Translations under genes and position numbers: made by a program
The notes under the pieces: model-generated
What the model was told of the DNA's origin: nothing
What the model saw: the letters and a program-made list of their open reading frames with translations, nothing else
Database searches by the model: none
Assembly: GCA_965198175.1 (NCBI GenBank)
Contig: OZ240245.1
Coordinates: forward strand, 2,976,001-3,040,000
Source of the DNA: Candidatus Poribacteria bacterium
GTDB taxonomy: Bacteria > Poribacteria > WGA-4E > PCPOR2b
Direction: 5' to 3'
DNA: 64,000 bases
Shown: piece by piece, positions 1-9,101 of the stretch
How positions within the stretch are numbered: position 1 is the first letter of the stretch
Layout of the letters: each line of letters starts with the position of its first letter

Positions 1-3000
1 GTTATCCTCCTCGTCAACCTCTATCTAATTTGGCGTTTCACACCCTCTCAGCTAAGCCCAACCCTTATTGAATCTATCCCAATTAGCGGCGAATTCGATT
101 TCGATCTCCGCAAAATGGTCTACGTAGTATTGGCACTTCTCGCTATTGCGTTTAGCGCACTTATGGGATATTCAGCGACGGATCGCTGGGAAATCGCCCT
201 TCGCTATTTCAATGCAGACGAACTCCCCTTCGAATCGGCGACCTCCCTAAGCGAAACTGCCGAACATGGCACCTCAGAAGTTTTTATCTCTCAGTTGGAT
301 GTCGACGCTAAGGGACTTCAAGTGGGCGATAAGGTTGTCATTGAGCAGGAGAATCAAAGCCACGAAGCAAGTGTTGTTTCGATAAATAGTGCCAGCGATG
401 GTCTAACCAAGATTACGTTGAGTCACCCCCTCGAATTCAGCACGACGGAAAAAGCCGTTTTAATCGCGCCATCCCGCGATCCAATCTTTGATAAAAACGC
501 CAGTTATTACGTTTTCAGAATGCCGTTTGCACGCTTTATTTGCGGCAACTTAGTTGGGCTGTTTCTGCTGCTGACACTTTTTTCGGCTGTACTCTACTTC
601 TTTCACGGCTCGCTGATTAGTGAGAAAAACCGCTTTGAGCCCCAGCAGCGCGTTAAGACACACCTTTTTGTGCTGATCGGGTTGACACTCCTGTTTCGCG
701 CTTGGAACTACCGCTTTATAATGTACGACCTTCTATACGCTACGAACGATGTTGTCCGTGGCGGCGGTGGGTATGCGGCGATACAAGCGCGCCTGATTGT
801 GCTGAAGATATTGCTGGTGCTCTCAGTCATCTGCGCATTGGTGTTCCTAATCAGCATTTTTTTGCGCCGAATCTCGCCCGCTGTCGGAGGCGTTGTAATC
901 CTTCTAATCGTTGGATTCTTTGGACAGGTTTACCCCAGTCTCGTCCAACGGTTGAAGGTTGAGCCCAATAAGCAGGACCTTGAAGCTAAATACATTAACT
1001 ATAACATAAAGGCAACCCTGCATGCGTATGACCTTGAAGATAACACCGTGACAGAAGAAGAGTATCCCTTGACAGGCGAATTGTCCTACGAGGAGATTAC
1101 GAATCAGGAAAATACCGCAGTCATTAACAGCGTTCGGCTTTGGGATTGGCGCCCTCTCCGGCGCACGTTCCGCCAATTACAAGAGTTGCGCCGTCAGTAT
1201 GATTTTGCCGACGTAGACGTAGATCGCTACCCAATGGGAAACGGCGAACCGCGTCAGGTGATGCTTTCTACGCGTGAACTGGATTTGAACGAACTTCGGC
1301 GTGAAGATTGGTATAAGCGGACCTACGTCTATACCCACGGCTATGGCGCCGTGATGAGTCCCGTCAATGAGATTGTTGATGGAAAACCCAGGATGTACAT
1401 CAAGAATATTCCAGTCAATTACGCAACCGAATGGACGGAATATCTGTTTGATGAGGCGCCAGGACCACGTATCTACTACGGAGAACTTACACCGAATTAC
1501 GTTATTATCCATCCAGACCGCAATGAAAAACTGGAGTTTGATTACCCTGAGCCCGGACAGAGCTATGCCAAATATTCGTACACTGGGCAGGGAGGAGTCA
1601 AACTCTCCTCCTTCTTGCGCCGGTTCGTATACATGCTGAAATTTAGCAACGAACTGAAGTTCATCTTACCTGGAGCAATTTCAACTACAAGTCGAGTGCT
1701 CTACCATCGGAATATCCAAGAGCGTGTTCAAAAAATCGCACCTTTCCTGCGGTACGATAAAGATCCTTATGCAGTCATACACGACGGCAAGCTTATCTGG
1801 ATGATTGACGCCTACACGATAACGAGACGCTACCCTTACTCCGCGCCAATGCCAGATGTAATGCGGGCGACAATTGAAGAGCGGCAGGGAAGACTCGCAG
1901 CAAGCCGTATCGTGGGCGGTGAACAACCGTGGGACGGAAACTATATTCGCAATGCCGTTAAAGTGACGGTTGATGCCTATGATGGCACTGTGAATTTCTA
2001 TTTGATGGATCGCGAAAACGATCCCATTGTCGAATGCTACAGCCGTATGTTTCCGAATCTCTTCAAATCATTCGACGCCATGCCTGACAATCTCAAAGGG
2101 CACATCCGCTATCCGACCACCATGTTCCTCATTCAAGCGCGGATGTATCAAGAGTATCACATGAAGGATTCAACCACGTTCTACGCCAAAGAGGACCCGT
2201 GGGAGATCGGTAAAGAAGTTTACGATACAACTGAACGACCGCGTACTCAGCCGGTGACTCCTCCCAGTCCCTTCGCTGCCCAACAAGCGGGTCTACAGCC
2301 GCTGATATCAAATGAGCAAGAAGTTGCACCTTATTACGTTGTCATCAAACTACCGGGCGAAGAACAAGCGGAATTCATGCTCATGCTGCCTTTCACACCA
2401 AAGAGTAAGTTGAATCTCACCGCTTGGCTTGCCGCAAGATGCGATCTGCCGCAATACGGTCAACTGCTGGTTTATCGCTTTCCGAAGGGAAAACTTGCAC
2501 CGGGACCAATGCAGGTCGAGAATTTCATTACCCAGAAGCCTGAAATCTCCGAACAGATCAGCCTATGGAATAGGGAAGGATCCCGCGTGTTGCGTGGAAA
2601 CTTGTTAATTATCCCGATGAACAACGCCCTATTGTATGTTGAGCCAATCTACATTCAATCGGAGAATGAGGATTCGGCAATCCCTGAACTGCGTCGTGTC
2701 GTCATCGGCTACAAAGAAAACGTCGTCTGGGGCGCAAGTTTTGACGAAGCGTTGGTCAAGATGTTTGGGCGATCCGTGGCAACCCGCTCGCCCGTAGCCG
2801 TTCAGAGTGATGCACGCAGTTCGACGCTCGAAACTGCCGAGCAGAGCAGAGACGAAGCGGACGTACCCGCCCAAACCTCGCATCAAGTCTCAATTTCGGA
2901 GTTGGCAAAAGATGCAAACCACTATTTTGAACAAGCGGAAGCAGCAAGACAGACGGGCGACTGGGCTGAATACGGACGCTATCACAATCTGCTGGAGCAA

Positions 3001-3033
3001 AGCTTGAAACAGTTGGACGCAAATGCACAGTAG
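1..3033 (+). CDS. UPF0182 family membrane protein (5' end outside window)
   Basis: Frame is open from base 1. UPF0182 motifs DPIF..YYVF.MPF, VRLWDWRPL, YTHGYG, PRIYYGE, YIRNAVK, GNLLIIP..LLYVEPIY, PELRRV. Confidence 0.93.
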   Translation, partial: VILLVNLYLIWRFTPSQLSPTLIESIPISGEFDFDLRKMVYVVLALLAIAFSALMGYSATDRWEIALRYFNADELPFESATSLSETAEHGTSEVFISQLDVDAKGLQVGDKVVIEQENQSHEASVVSINSASDGLTKITLSHPLEFSTTEKAVLIAPSRDPIFDKNASYYVFRMPFARFICGNLVGLFLLLTLFSAVLYFFHGSLISEKNRFEPQQRVKTHLFVLIGLTLLFRAWNYRFIMYDLLYATNDVVRGGGGYAAIQARLIVLKILLVLSVICALVFLISIFLRRISPAVGGVVILLIVGFFGQVYPSLVQRLKVEPNKQDLEAKYINYNIKATLHAYDLEDNTVTEEEYPLTGELSYEEITNQENTAVINSVRLWDWRPLRRTFRQLQELRRQYDFADVDVDRYPMGNGEPRQVMLSTRELDLNELRREDWYKRTYVYTHGYGAVMSPVNEIVDGKPRMYIKNIPVNYATEWTEYLFDEAPGPRIYYGELTPNYVIIHPDRNEKLEFDYPEPGQSYAKYSYTGQGGVKLSSFLRRFVYMLKFSNELKFILPGAISTTSRVLYHRNIQERVQKIAPFLRYDKDPYAVIHDGKLIWMIDAYTITRRYPYSAPMPDVMRATIEERQGRLAASRIVGGEQPWDGNYIRNAVKVTVDAYDGTVNFYLMDRENDPIVECYSRMFPNLFKSFDAMPDNLKGHIRYPTTMFLIQARMYQEYHMKDSTTFYAKEDPWEIGKEVYDTTERPRTQPVTPPSPFAAQQAGLQPLISNEQEVAPYYVVIKLPGEEQAEFMLMLPFTPKSKLNLTAWLAARCDLPQYGQLLVYRFPKGKLAPGPMQVENFITQKPEISEQISLWNREGSRVLRGNLLIIPMNNALLYVEPIYIQSENEDSAIPELRRVVIGYKENVVWGASFDEALVKMFGRSVATRSPVAVQSDARSSTLETAEQSRDEADVPAQTSHQVSISELAKDANHYFEQAEAARQTGDWAEYGRYHNLLEQSLKQLDANAQ

Positions 3034-3063
3034 CACCTAATACCGAAGATGGAGGTGAATCAA

Positions 3064-3318
3064 ATGGGACTCGACTGGAAACCACGTCACCGTGATTTGA
3101 TCATCGGGGGTATTCCGTGGCTAGCACGGATTACTGATAAAGTACGTGCCAAGTTGAACGGAACAATCGGCGACTACATTTACCCGTGACCAATGGATCA
3201 AGGAGTGTTCCTGGAGGAACACAAGCTTAGTGGTGACGAGTTTATTGAGATGGTAAAAAATAATCCGTCAGATGAGGAGATGATTGCTGCAGTGCGGTCG
3301 CTAACAAATGAATCGTAA
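3064..3318 (+). CDS. DUF5069-like protein with in-frame TGA at codon 42 (candidate selenoprotein, 84 aa)
   Basis: SD GGAGGTGA at 3051-3058. Translation MGLDWKPRHRDLIIGGIPWLARITDKVRAKLNGTIGDYIYP-TGA-PMDQGVFLEEHKLSGDEFIEMVKNNPSDEEMIAAVRSLTNES. Family-like pattern on both sides of the TGA. Confidence 0.75.
3205..3222 (+). promoter_or_regulatory. Putative bacterial SECIS hairpin
   Basis: GTGTTCC-TGGA-GGAACAC, a perfect 7-bp stem whose G-containing loop starts 22 nt after the TGA at 3187-3189. Confidence 0.6.
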
Positions 3319-3366
3319 TGCGCGATACATTCGAAATTCCTACATTACGCCCGTTGGAGATGTCTA

Positions 3367-4434
3367 TTGTTGAATCTGAAAGACTATCGAAATCAGATTG
3401 ATCAAGTTGACGATCAAATCTTGGAGCTCTTGCATCGTCGGGCGGAGATTGCAAAAAAGGTCGGAGACTTCAAAGCGAAAGCAAGAACTGAGAGTGTTTA
3501 CGTTCCACACCGCGAAAAAGAGATTCTGGCTCGCCTGAAAGCCCGGAACCGGGATGGATTTCCTCTTCATGCCCTAGAGACGATTTACACCGAGATTATT
3601 TCGGCTTGCCGTTCCCTGGAAAAGCCATTGTGCGTCGCGTACCTCGGACCCGTTGGTAGTTTTGGACACGCTGCAAGTTTACGTCATTTCGGTGCATCTG
3701 CAGATTTCATCCCGAGAACGCCTCAAACGGATATCTTTATTGAGGTCGAAGCCGGCAGAGCCGACTACGGTGTCGTCGCAATCGAGAATTCGACATATGG
3801 TAGCGTCCGTGATGTTTTAGAGATGTTTCAGCATACGCAATTGCAGATTTGTGCCGAAATCTTCCTCCCAATCGATCACAACTTGCTCTCAAAATCTACC
3901 AAGAATGCAGTCTCTAAAGTTTATTCACACCCTCAGCCTTTCGCACAATGCCGCAAATGGCTACATCAAAACTTGGAAGGCGTTCGACAGATTGAAGTCG
4001 CGAGCACATCTGAGGCTGCACGAGTAGCCGCAGACGAACAGGGTGCGGCCGCAATCGCTAGTAAACTAGCAGCAGAAATTTACCAAGTGCCAATCGAGAG
4101 CGAGTCAATTATGGACGATCCAAGCAATACAACGCGTTTCTTGGTTATTGGACGACAGGCTGCGCAAAGAAGTGGAAACGACCGAACATCTATCCTCTTC
4201 GCCATCAAAGACAAAATTGGCGCACTGTATGAAGTCCTTAGTGTTTTGGAGCGCCATAAAATCAATATGAGCCGTATCGAATCATTGCCCGCTCGAACAA
4301 AAGCTTGGGAGTACGTTTTTTTTGTTGATTTTGATGAACATGCCGAAGTTGAAAACGTCCGAACGGCGCTCGCAGAAATTGTAGAGCTGTGTGTGCTGGT
4401 AAAAATTCTGGGTGCTTATCCGCGTGCATCCTAG
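3367..4434 (+). CDS. pheA: Bifunctional chorismate mutase / prephenate dehydratase
   Basis: N-terminal CM domain (RNQIDQVDDQILELL), PDT motifs YLGP.GSF, IENSTYG, VYSHPQ, NTTRF, and ACT domain with IESLP. Confidence 0.96.
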   Translation: MLNLKDYRNQIDQVDDQILELLHRRAEIAKKVGDFKAKARTESVYVPHREKEILARLKARNRDGFPLHALETIYTEIISACRSLEKPLCVAYLGPVGSFGHAASLRHFGASADFIPRTPQTDIFIEVEAGRADYGVVAIENSTYGSVRDVLEMFQHTQLQICAEIFLPIDHNLLSKSTKNAVSKVYSHPQPFAQCRKWLHQNLEGVRQIEVASTSEAARVAADEQGAAAIASKLAAEIYQVPIESESIMDDPSNTTRFLVIGRQAAQRSGNDRTSILFAIKDKIGALYEVLSVLERHKINMSRIESLPARTKAWEYVFFVDFDEHAEVENVRTALAEIVELCVLVKILGAYPRAS

Positions 4435-4470
4435 CGACGTGCAAAATGCCTTTTCGTCCTCGCTCGTGGA

Positions 4471-5523
4471 TTACCTGAACCATATGACAACCGAAATCAG
4501 GTTCACACAACTATGCGTAATTATAGCGGGGATAATTGACTTTGTTCTAACAGATAGCAAGGCAAGGGCGAGCCCCATGACAAACAATGGGATGAAACGA
4601 AGCACAGATCCATGGAGGAGGGCGAACAAGAGAGAACTCAGCAGAAGCCCCTTTTGCTCCCCGAATCGATTGGCTAAAGCGGTGTACATAATCCCCCGGT
4701 ACAACATCTCCTCTCCAACTGGCGTCAGAATAAGTGTGACAAAACCCATAAGGATGACAGACGCATCGCCAAAATGTTCTGGCATGCCGATTGCCTGCCG
4801 CTGCTGTTCCATTTGGATAAGAGATTCTAGTGCCTTGGACGACAAGATACGATTTAATCCCACTATCCCTTGCATTCCGCCTTCTGAGATTAACATCAAA
4901 ATCGGAGCAAGTAGAAAAGGCAAACCAAAAATCCTGAAATCGCCGCTGAATTTCAACCCCACGGCGGCAAGTGGTCTGCGATAACGCATAGTCACGCAGT
5001 GTAGACATAACCAAATCAGAATATTCCCCACAATCAGCTCAATAATCCAAAGGTGAGAGGGTGGAAGGGTCGAAATAAAGGAAGCGATGTCTTGAGGCTG
5101 CGCCAACTTGTCTGGACCCTCCGCAATTCCAATCGCTGTATACAGCGCAAACCGGTGAACCAGTAGAGTAACCAAGATGATGACAATGGAATCCGACGGT
5201 TCGAAATGCCCGTGTAATATCGAAGCCGTTTCTTCAACTGTGTAAGAGCGATTGCAGTACCTGCATTGGCGTGATGTGGCGCGGTTATTCCGGTGACAAT
5301 CGCGGCATGTCCAGATAAGTTCAGGCGCTCGATTCCAAAAATAGAGAGGGAAAAAAGCCTCTGGCACGAGAAGGATGCCCAAAATCCAAAGCATCGATCT
5401 GTCCCGAAGCTTGATATCGTTGTAAACCCACAGTGCCAGACCGCCATGTATCAGCATCAGAACGATAAGTCCGTATATCTCCGACAAATTACACACTCCC
5501 ACCAGTGATTTTGCGTCGTGCAT
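4471..5523 (-). CDS. CPBP (CAAX/Abi) intramembrane metalloprotease with N-terminal zinc ribbon
   Basis: EEMLYRG, FALLH and THSCVN motifs, a CxxC...CxxC pair, multiple TM helices. Confidence 0.88.
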   Translation of the reverse strand: MHDAKSLVGVCNLSEIYGLIVLMLIHGGLALWVYNDIKLRDRSMLWILGILLVPEAFFPLYFWNRAPELIWTCRDCHRNNRATSRQCRYCNRSYTVEETASILHGHFEPSDSIVIILVTLLVHRFALYTAIGIAEGPDKLAQPQDIASFISTLPPSHLWIIELIVGNILIWLCLHCVTMRYRRPLAAVGLKFSGDFRIFGLPFLLAPILMLISEGGMQGIVGLNRILSSKALESLIQMEQQRQAIGMPEHFGDASVILMGFVTLILTPVGEEMLYRGIMYTALANRFGEQKGLLLSSLLFALLHGSVLRFIPLFVMGLALALLSVRTKSIIPAIITHSCVNLISVVIWFR

Positions 5524-5816
5524 AGTAACACATTCAAATCTTGCTTGTCAACTGCTTCTACTTTTCCGATTGTCCAATTTCTCCCTTACTATCTTCTAAT
5601 TACCTCCTCGACCTTCGGTTGCATGACGCATACCGTTTTTAGTTGTGATAGCAGTCGTCAATCAACCAAATTCGGACACTTGTATGGGGACGATTCCATT
5701 GTGCAGTGAGTAACCGCGCTCAATCAAAATTGACCTCCTGCAAAGAGGCGTTGATGAGACAGGCTTGACTAACAATCTACCTTGAGCGACCTTTCCAAGA
5801 TAGGGCTATTATGTGT

Positions 5817-6941
5817 ATGAGTTCGACAGAACCAATTAAAGATTGCGCTCATAAACTCGGGTTCGATCTTGTGGGTATAACACCGGCTGAACCCAGTCAG
5901 ACAATTGATCGCTATGAGAGATGGTTGGAGAGCGGCTACGGCGGGGAAATGCGTTATCTCGAAAGACATTCGCCGCTTAAACGGGATGTCCGGAATCTTC
6001 TCTCTGAAGCCAAATCAATCATCACGTTAGGGGTCAATTACTATACGGTCGAGCCGCCTGCATCGCTCCCCGTCAATCCATCGCGGGGGCAAATCTCCCG
6101 ATATGCTTGGGGAACGGATTACCACGACATTATCTACAATAAATTGCGTCGGTTGGCTCAGTTTATAAAAGAGCATGCACAGAAACAGGTCAAAAGCAAA
6201 GTGTATGTCGATACGGGGCCCATTCTTGAGCGTGAATACGCTCAGAAGGCGGGAATCGGTTGGATCGGCAAGAACACCAACCTGATTAACTGGCAATCGG
6301 GTTCCTGGTACTTTCTCGCGGAACTGCTTGTCAGCGTCAAATTGGACTACGATTTCCTGCCCCCGCGCGGCAGTTGCGGCACATGTACACTTTGCATAGA
6401 GGCATGTCCAACGGACGCGATTATTGCCCCAAACCTTCTCGATTCCCGGCTGTGCATCTCCTACCTCACCATCGAGTTGAAAAGCAGCATCCCACGAGAA
6501 CTTCGCCCGCAAATGGGCAATCTTATCTTCGGCTGCGATATCTGCCAAGAAGTCTGTCCTTGGAACAGCAATGCAAAACCGACACAGGAACGCGGCTTCT
6601 ACCCGCGCAAGGGAAATCTTGCTCCCAAACTACTTTCGCTGATGAACATGACTCAAGAAGAGTTCAGCAAACGCTTCAAGAACAGCCCAATCAAGCGAGC
6701 CAAGCGGAAGGGATTTTTGCGGAATGTCGCCGTTGCACTCGGAAATTGGAAGAATCAATCGGCGGTGCCTGCGCTCAAAAGGGCACTGAATGACGATGAG
6801 CCATTGGTGCGCGGACATGCAGCTTGGGCACTGGGGCAAATCGGCGGCAGGGCTGCGAAAACAGCATTACAGGCGCAGTCAAAGGTGGAAACGCATCCAG
6901 AGGTCATCGCTGAAATCAAGGACGCCTTGCGCGAAAAATGA
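5817..6941 (+). CDS. queG: tRNA epoxyqueuosine(34) reductase with C-terminal HEAT repeat
   Basis: ISRYAWG.DYH, VDTGPILER, CGTCTLCIEACPT, GCDICQEVCPWN. Start could be 5811. Confidence 0.96.
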   Translation: MSSTEPIKDCAHKLGFDLVGITPAEPSQTIDRYERWLESGYGGEMRYLERHSPLKRDVRNLLSEAKSIITLGVNYYTVEPPASLPVNPSRGQISRYAWGTDYHDIIYNKLRRLAQFIKEHAQKQVKSKVYVDTGPILEREYAQKAGIGWIGKNTNLINWQSGSWYFLAELLVSVKLDYDFLPPRGSCGTCTLCIEACPTDAIIAPNLLDSRLCISYLTIELKSSIPRELRPQMGNLIFGCDICQEVCPWNSNAKPTQERGFYPRKGNLAPKLLSLMNMTQEEFSKRFKNSPIKRAKRKGFLRNVAVALGNWKNQSAVPALKRALNDDEPLVRGHAAWALGQIGGRAAKTALQAQSKVETHPEVIAEIKDALREK

Positions 6942-6958
6942 CTTGCCCTGTCAATGCC

Positions 6959-7007
6959 AAAAAAACCGCAGGAAGTGGCAATGTGCTTGTACCAGCTCCC
7001 TGCGGTT
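6959..7007 (-). terminator. Intrinsic terminator between convergent queG and the tRNA operon
   Basis: AACCGCAGG...CCTGCGGTT stem preceded by an A-run (U-tract on the minus strand). Confidence 0.6.
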
Positions 7008-7038
7008 AGAAGAGGTATTGCGCTTTTCAATAAGATAA

Positions 7039-7110
7039 TGCCGGTGCGGAGAGTTGAACTCCGGACAGCACGATTATGAGTCGTGTGCTCTACCACTGAG
7101 CTACACCGGC
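7039..7110 (-). tRNA. tRNA with CAT anticodon (elongator Met or Ile2)
   Basis: Cloverleaf GCCGGTG...CACGA-CTCATAA-TCGTG...TTCAACT...CACCGGCA. Met versus lysidine-Ile identity not resolved by eye. Confidence 0.92.
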
Positions 7111-7158
7111 ATAAGCGAAAAAAGGGAAACGCGCTCTCTGAGCGCATTTCCCTCATGA

Positions 7159-7233
<75 letters not shown>

Positions 7234-7255
7234 CAAGTTTTGTAAAGGACACGAA

Positions 7256-7340
7256 TGGGCGAGGAGGGATTCGAACCCTCACACCCGTTTATAGGCGATG
7301 GATTTTAAGTCCATTGTGTCTGCCATTCCACCACTCGCCC
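7256..7340 (-). tRNA. tRNA-Leu (TAA)
   Basis: GGGCGAG acceptor stem, ATGGA-CTTAAAA-TCCAT anticodon arm, long variable arm, TTCGAAT. Confidence 0.95.
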
Positions 7341-7390
7341 GCTGGCGCAAGAGCACATAAACTTCAGTTTCCCTGATTCTGCCACACCAT

Positions 7391-7420
7391 ATTGTAATCT
7401 AATATAGCTTGTTTTGTCAA
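7391..7420 (-). promoter_or_regulatory. Sigma70-type promoter of the tRNA operon
   Basis: TTGACA-N18-TACAAT on the minus strand, about 50 nt upstream of tRNA-Leu. Confidence 0.65.
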
Positions 7421-7457
7421 GCCTTAATTCAATTGAGTCCGTACGGATTTAACAAAC

Positions 7458-7552
7458 GGATCTCATGCCGAAGTCCTCGAACCCAAAAACCTCCGTCGTA
7501 AAATCCGGAAAGACGCAGAAAAAATGAAAAACTTTACAACGAAGAGATGTGA
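7458..7552 (+). pseudogene. 3' fragment of a WYL/WCX-domain regulator
   Basis: GSHAEVLEPKNLRRKIRKDAEKM resembles the WCX C-terminal G..AEVLEP..LR..I pattern. No start codon; a frameshift in an A-run precedes LYNEEM*. Confidence 0.55.
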
Positions 7553-7697
7553 GGCACTTATAGCTATTTCCCGCTTGGCTTGGATTGCCAAATCCAAGCC
7601 TTGACCGATGAAGTTGTCAATCCACGGAAGCGATACGGTGTGGAAACCATCTCGTTGACTAATACAGTTTTTTTTATGAACTCGGTTTCTACATACC

Positions 7698-7976
7698 ATG
7701 CGCACCTACGTCATCTACGACATCGTAAAAGACCGTATCCGCAAAAAGATAGCGGACATCTGTCTCGATTACGGCTTAGAACGCATCCAATACAGCGCAT
7801 TCCTCGGCAACATCAACACCACGCGGCGGCGCGCGTTGGAGGAAAAACTGGCAGCGCAACTCGGAAAAACGGAAGGGAAAAGTCGATCGCAGCGTGAAAT
7901 CCAGATCCAGCGCGGATCAGCGGATTGTTTTAGGGAGGATTGGCGCATTTGCATGGGCATTGTAGCGGCATATTAG
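7698..7976 (+). CDS. cas2: CRISPR-associated Cas2, C-terminus probably damaged
   Basis: MRTYVIYDI...RIRKKIADICLDYGLERIQYSAFLG is the Cas2 signature. Sequence after GKTEGK looks atypical. Confidence 0.85.
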   Translation: MRTYVIYDIVKDRIRKKIADICLDYGLERIQYSAFLGNINTTRRRALEEKLAAQLGKTEGKSRSQREIQIQRGSADCFREDWRICMGIVAAY

Positions 7977-8224
7977 GGCGATCCAAGCTCGATTTTCGGC
8001 AGGTTGGTAAGACGTTTCACACGATATACTGGCTTACAGGGCAAAACTGAACATTTTCGAAAATGCGAATAAGAACCTCCTAAATACCCACGACGACTGA
8101 ACCCGTCGCACATAAACAGTTTTCCATTGACACAGAGTGGAGTATGTGCAATGATAACACAAGAAACATATAAATGTAGATTCCTACTACGTTTATCCGA
8201 TCTACGATTCTCTACGCGAGGTCG

Positions 8225-8261
8225 GTAACATTCCATACCGCGATGAAAAGCGGACTGAAAG
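8225..8261 (+). CRISPR. Single CRISPR repeat-like unit (no array) after a leader-like region
   Basis: 37 nt GTAACATTCCATACCGCGATGAAAAGCGGACTGAAAG with internal CCGC/GCGG hairpin and TGAAAG end, 250 nt downstream of cas2. No second copy seen. Confidence 0.55.
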
Positions 8262-8269
8262 GGTACCCC

Positions 8270-8300
8270 AGTGGTTAGTTGCTAGTGGTCAGTGGCTAGT
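8270..8300. repeat. Short heptamer tandem repeat
   Basis: AGTGGTT-AGTTGCT-AGTGGTC-AGTGGCT-AGT. Confidence 0.6.
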
Positions 8301-9101
8301 AGACTTCTGTACCAATGGAGTGTGATTGCACATGCGTTGCATCTGCCGCAATAGGGCAACGGACATGCCACCGAAGTGCGTGCTGCTATGCTACCAGCGT
8401 CCGAATGTTTTTTGCGGAACGAACCCAAACCAGCCGAAAACTCCCATCCTCGTTTCAACGCCGAATGTTCTAGATTCTGTGCTGATGAAAAAGGCAATGA
8501 AAGACGCGACAAAATGACGCAGATAGGACATATCCACGCGGGCGATCCGGCTGTTCTGAAGAACGTGTCCACCTTCGGAGTCTGCACGTTTCGTGGGCGA
8601 TATGGTATAATTAGTGGCGATAGGGACCGGCAATCTTTTCTGAGATCTCGCTTGTAACCTCCCTTATGGGCGAGCACAACCTCGGCGGCAAGCGAGGAGG
8701 CGACTGAAGACCGAGAAGACAACGCCGTTGATGTATCGGATGAAAATTTTAAAGACACTGACTTCCTGTTTGACAAGCATTGCGAATCTCGAAAAATTGC
8801 TAGCGCCGCGGTCTTGCATAAACTGTACGCAGTCGCATAAAAACCACAGCAGCAAGAGTTGACGTAGCGAAGTGTCGCGCGGAAAGTGTCTGCAGCCGGT
8901 ACAGCGCGGGCGTCGGCGTCCGCACGATAACGCAAGGACACCCGAACTTTCAGGCAGTTGGAGCGTGAGCAACATTATCGCAAGCAGCTGCAAAACCGGA
9001 TTCCAATAGTCACGGCACGCGCTGGATCGACACCGACCGTCCTAGAGCGCAACATTAAACACATGGAAAGGGCAGCCGAAGGTTAGACTGCCACAGAGCG
9101 C

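Noticed and set aside
8670..8840. Reading frame ending KLYAVA*, resembling a tmRNA tag
   Set aside because: No tRNA-like tmRNA ends (GGGG 5' end, T-arm, CCA) found around it.
8282..8993. Track ORFs 8282-8941, 8376-8657 and 8664-8993
   Set aside because: No recognisable domains, mutually overlapping, no clear SD; probably spurious.
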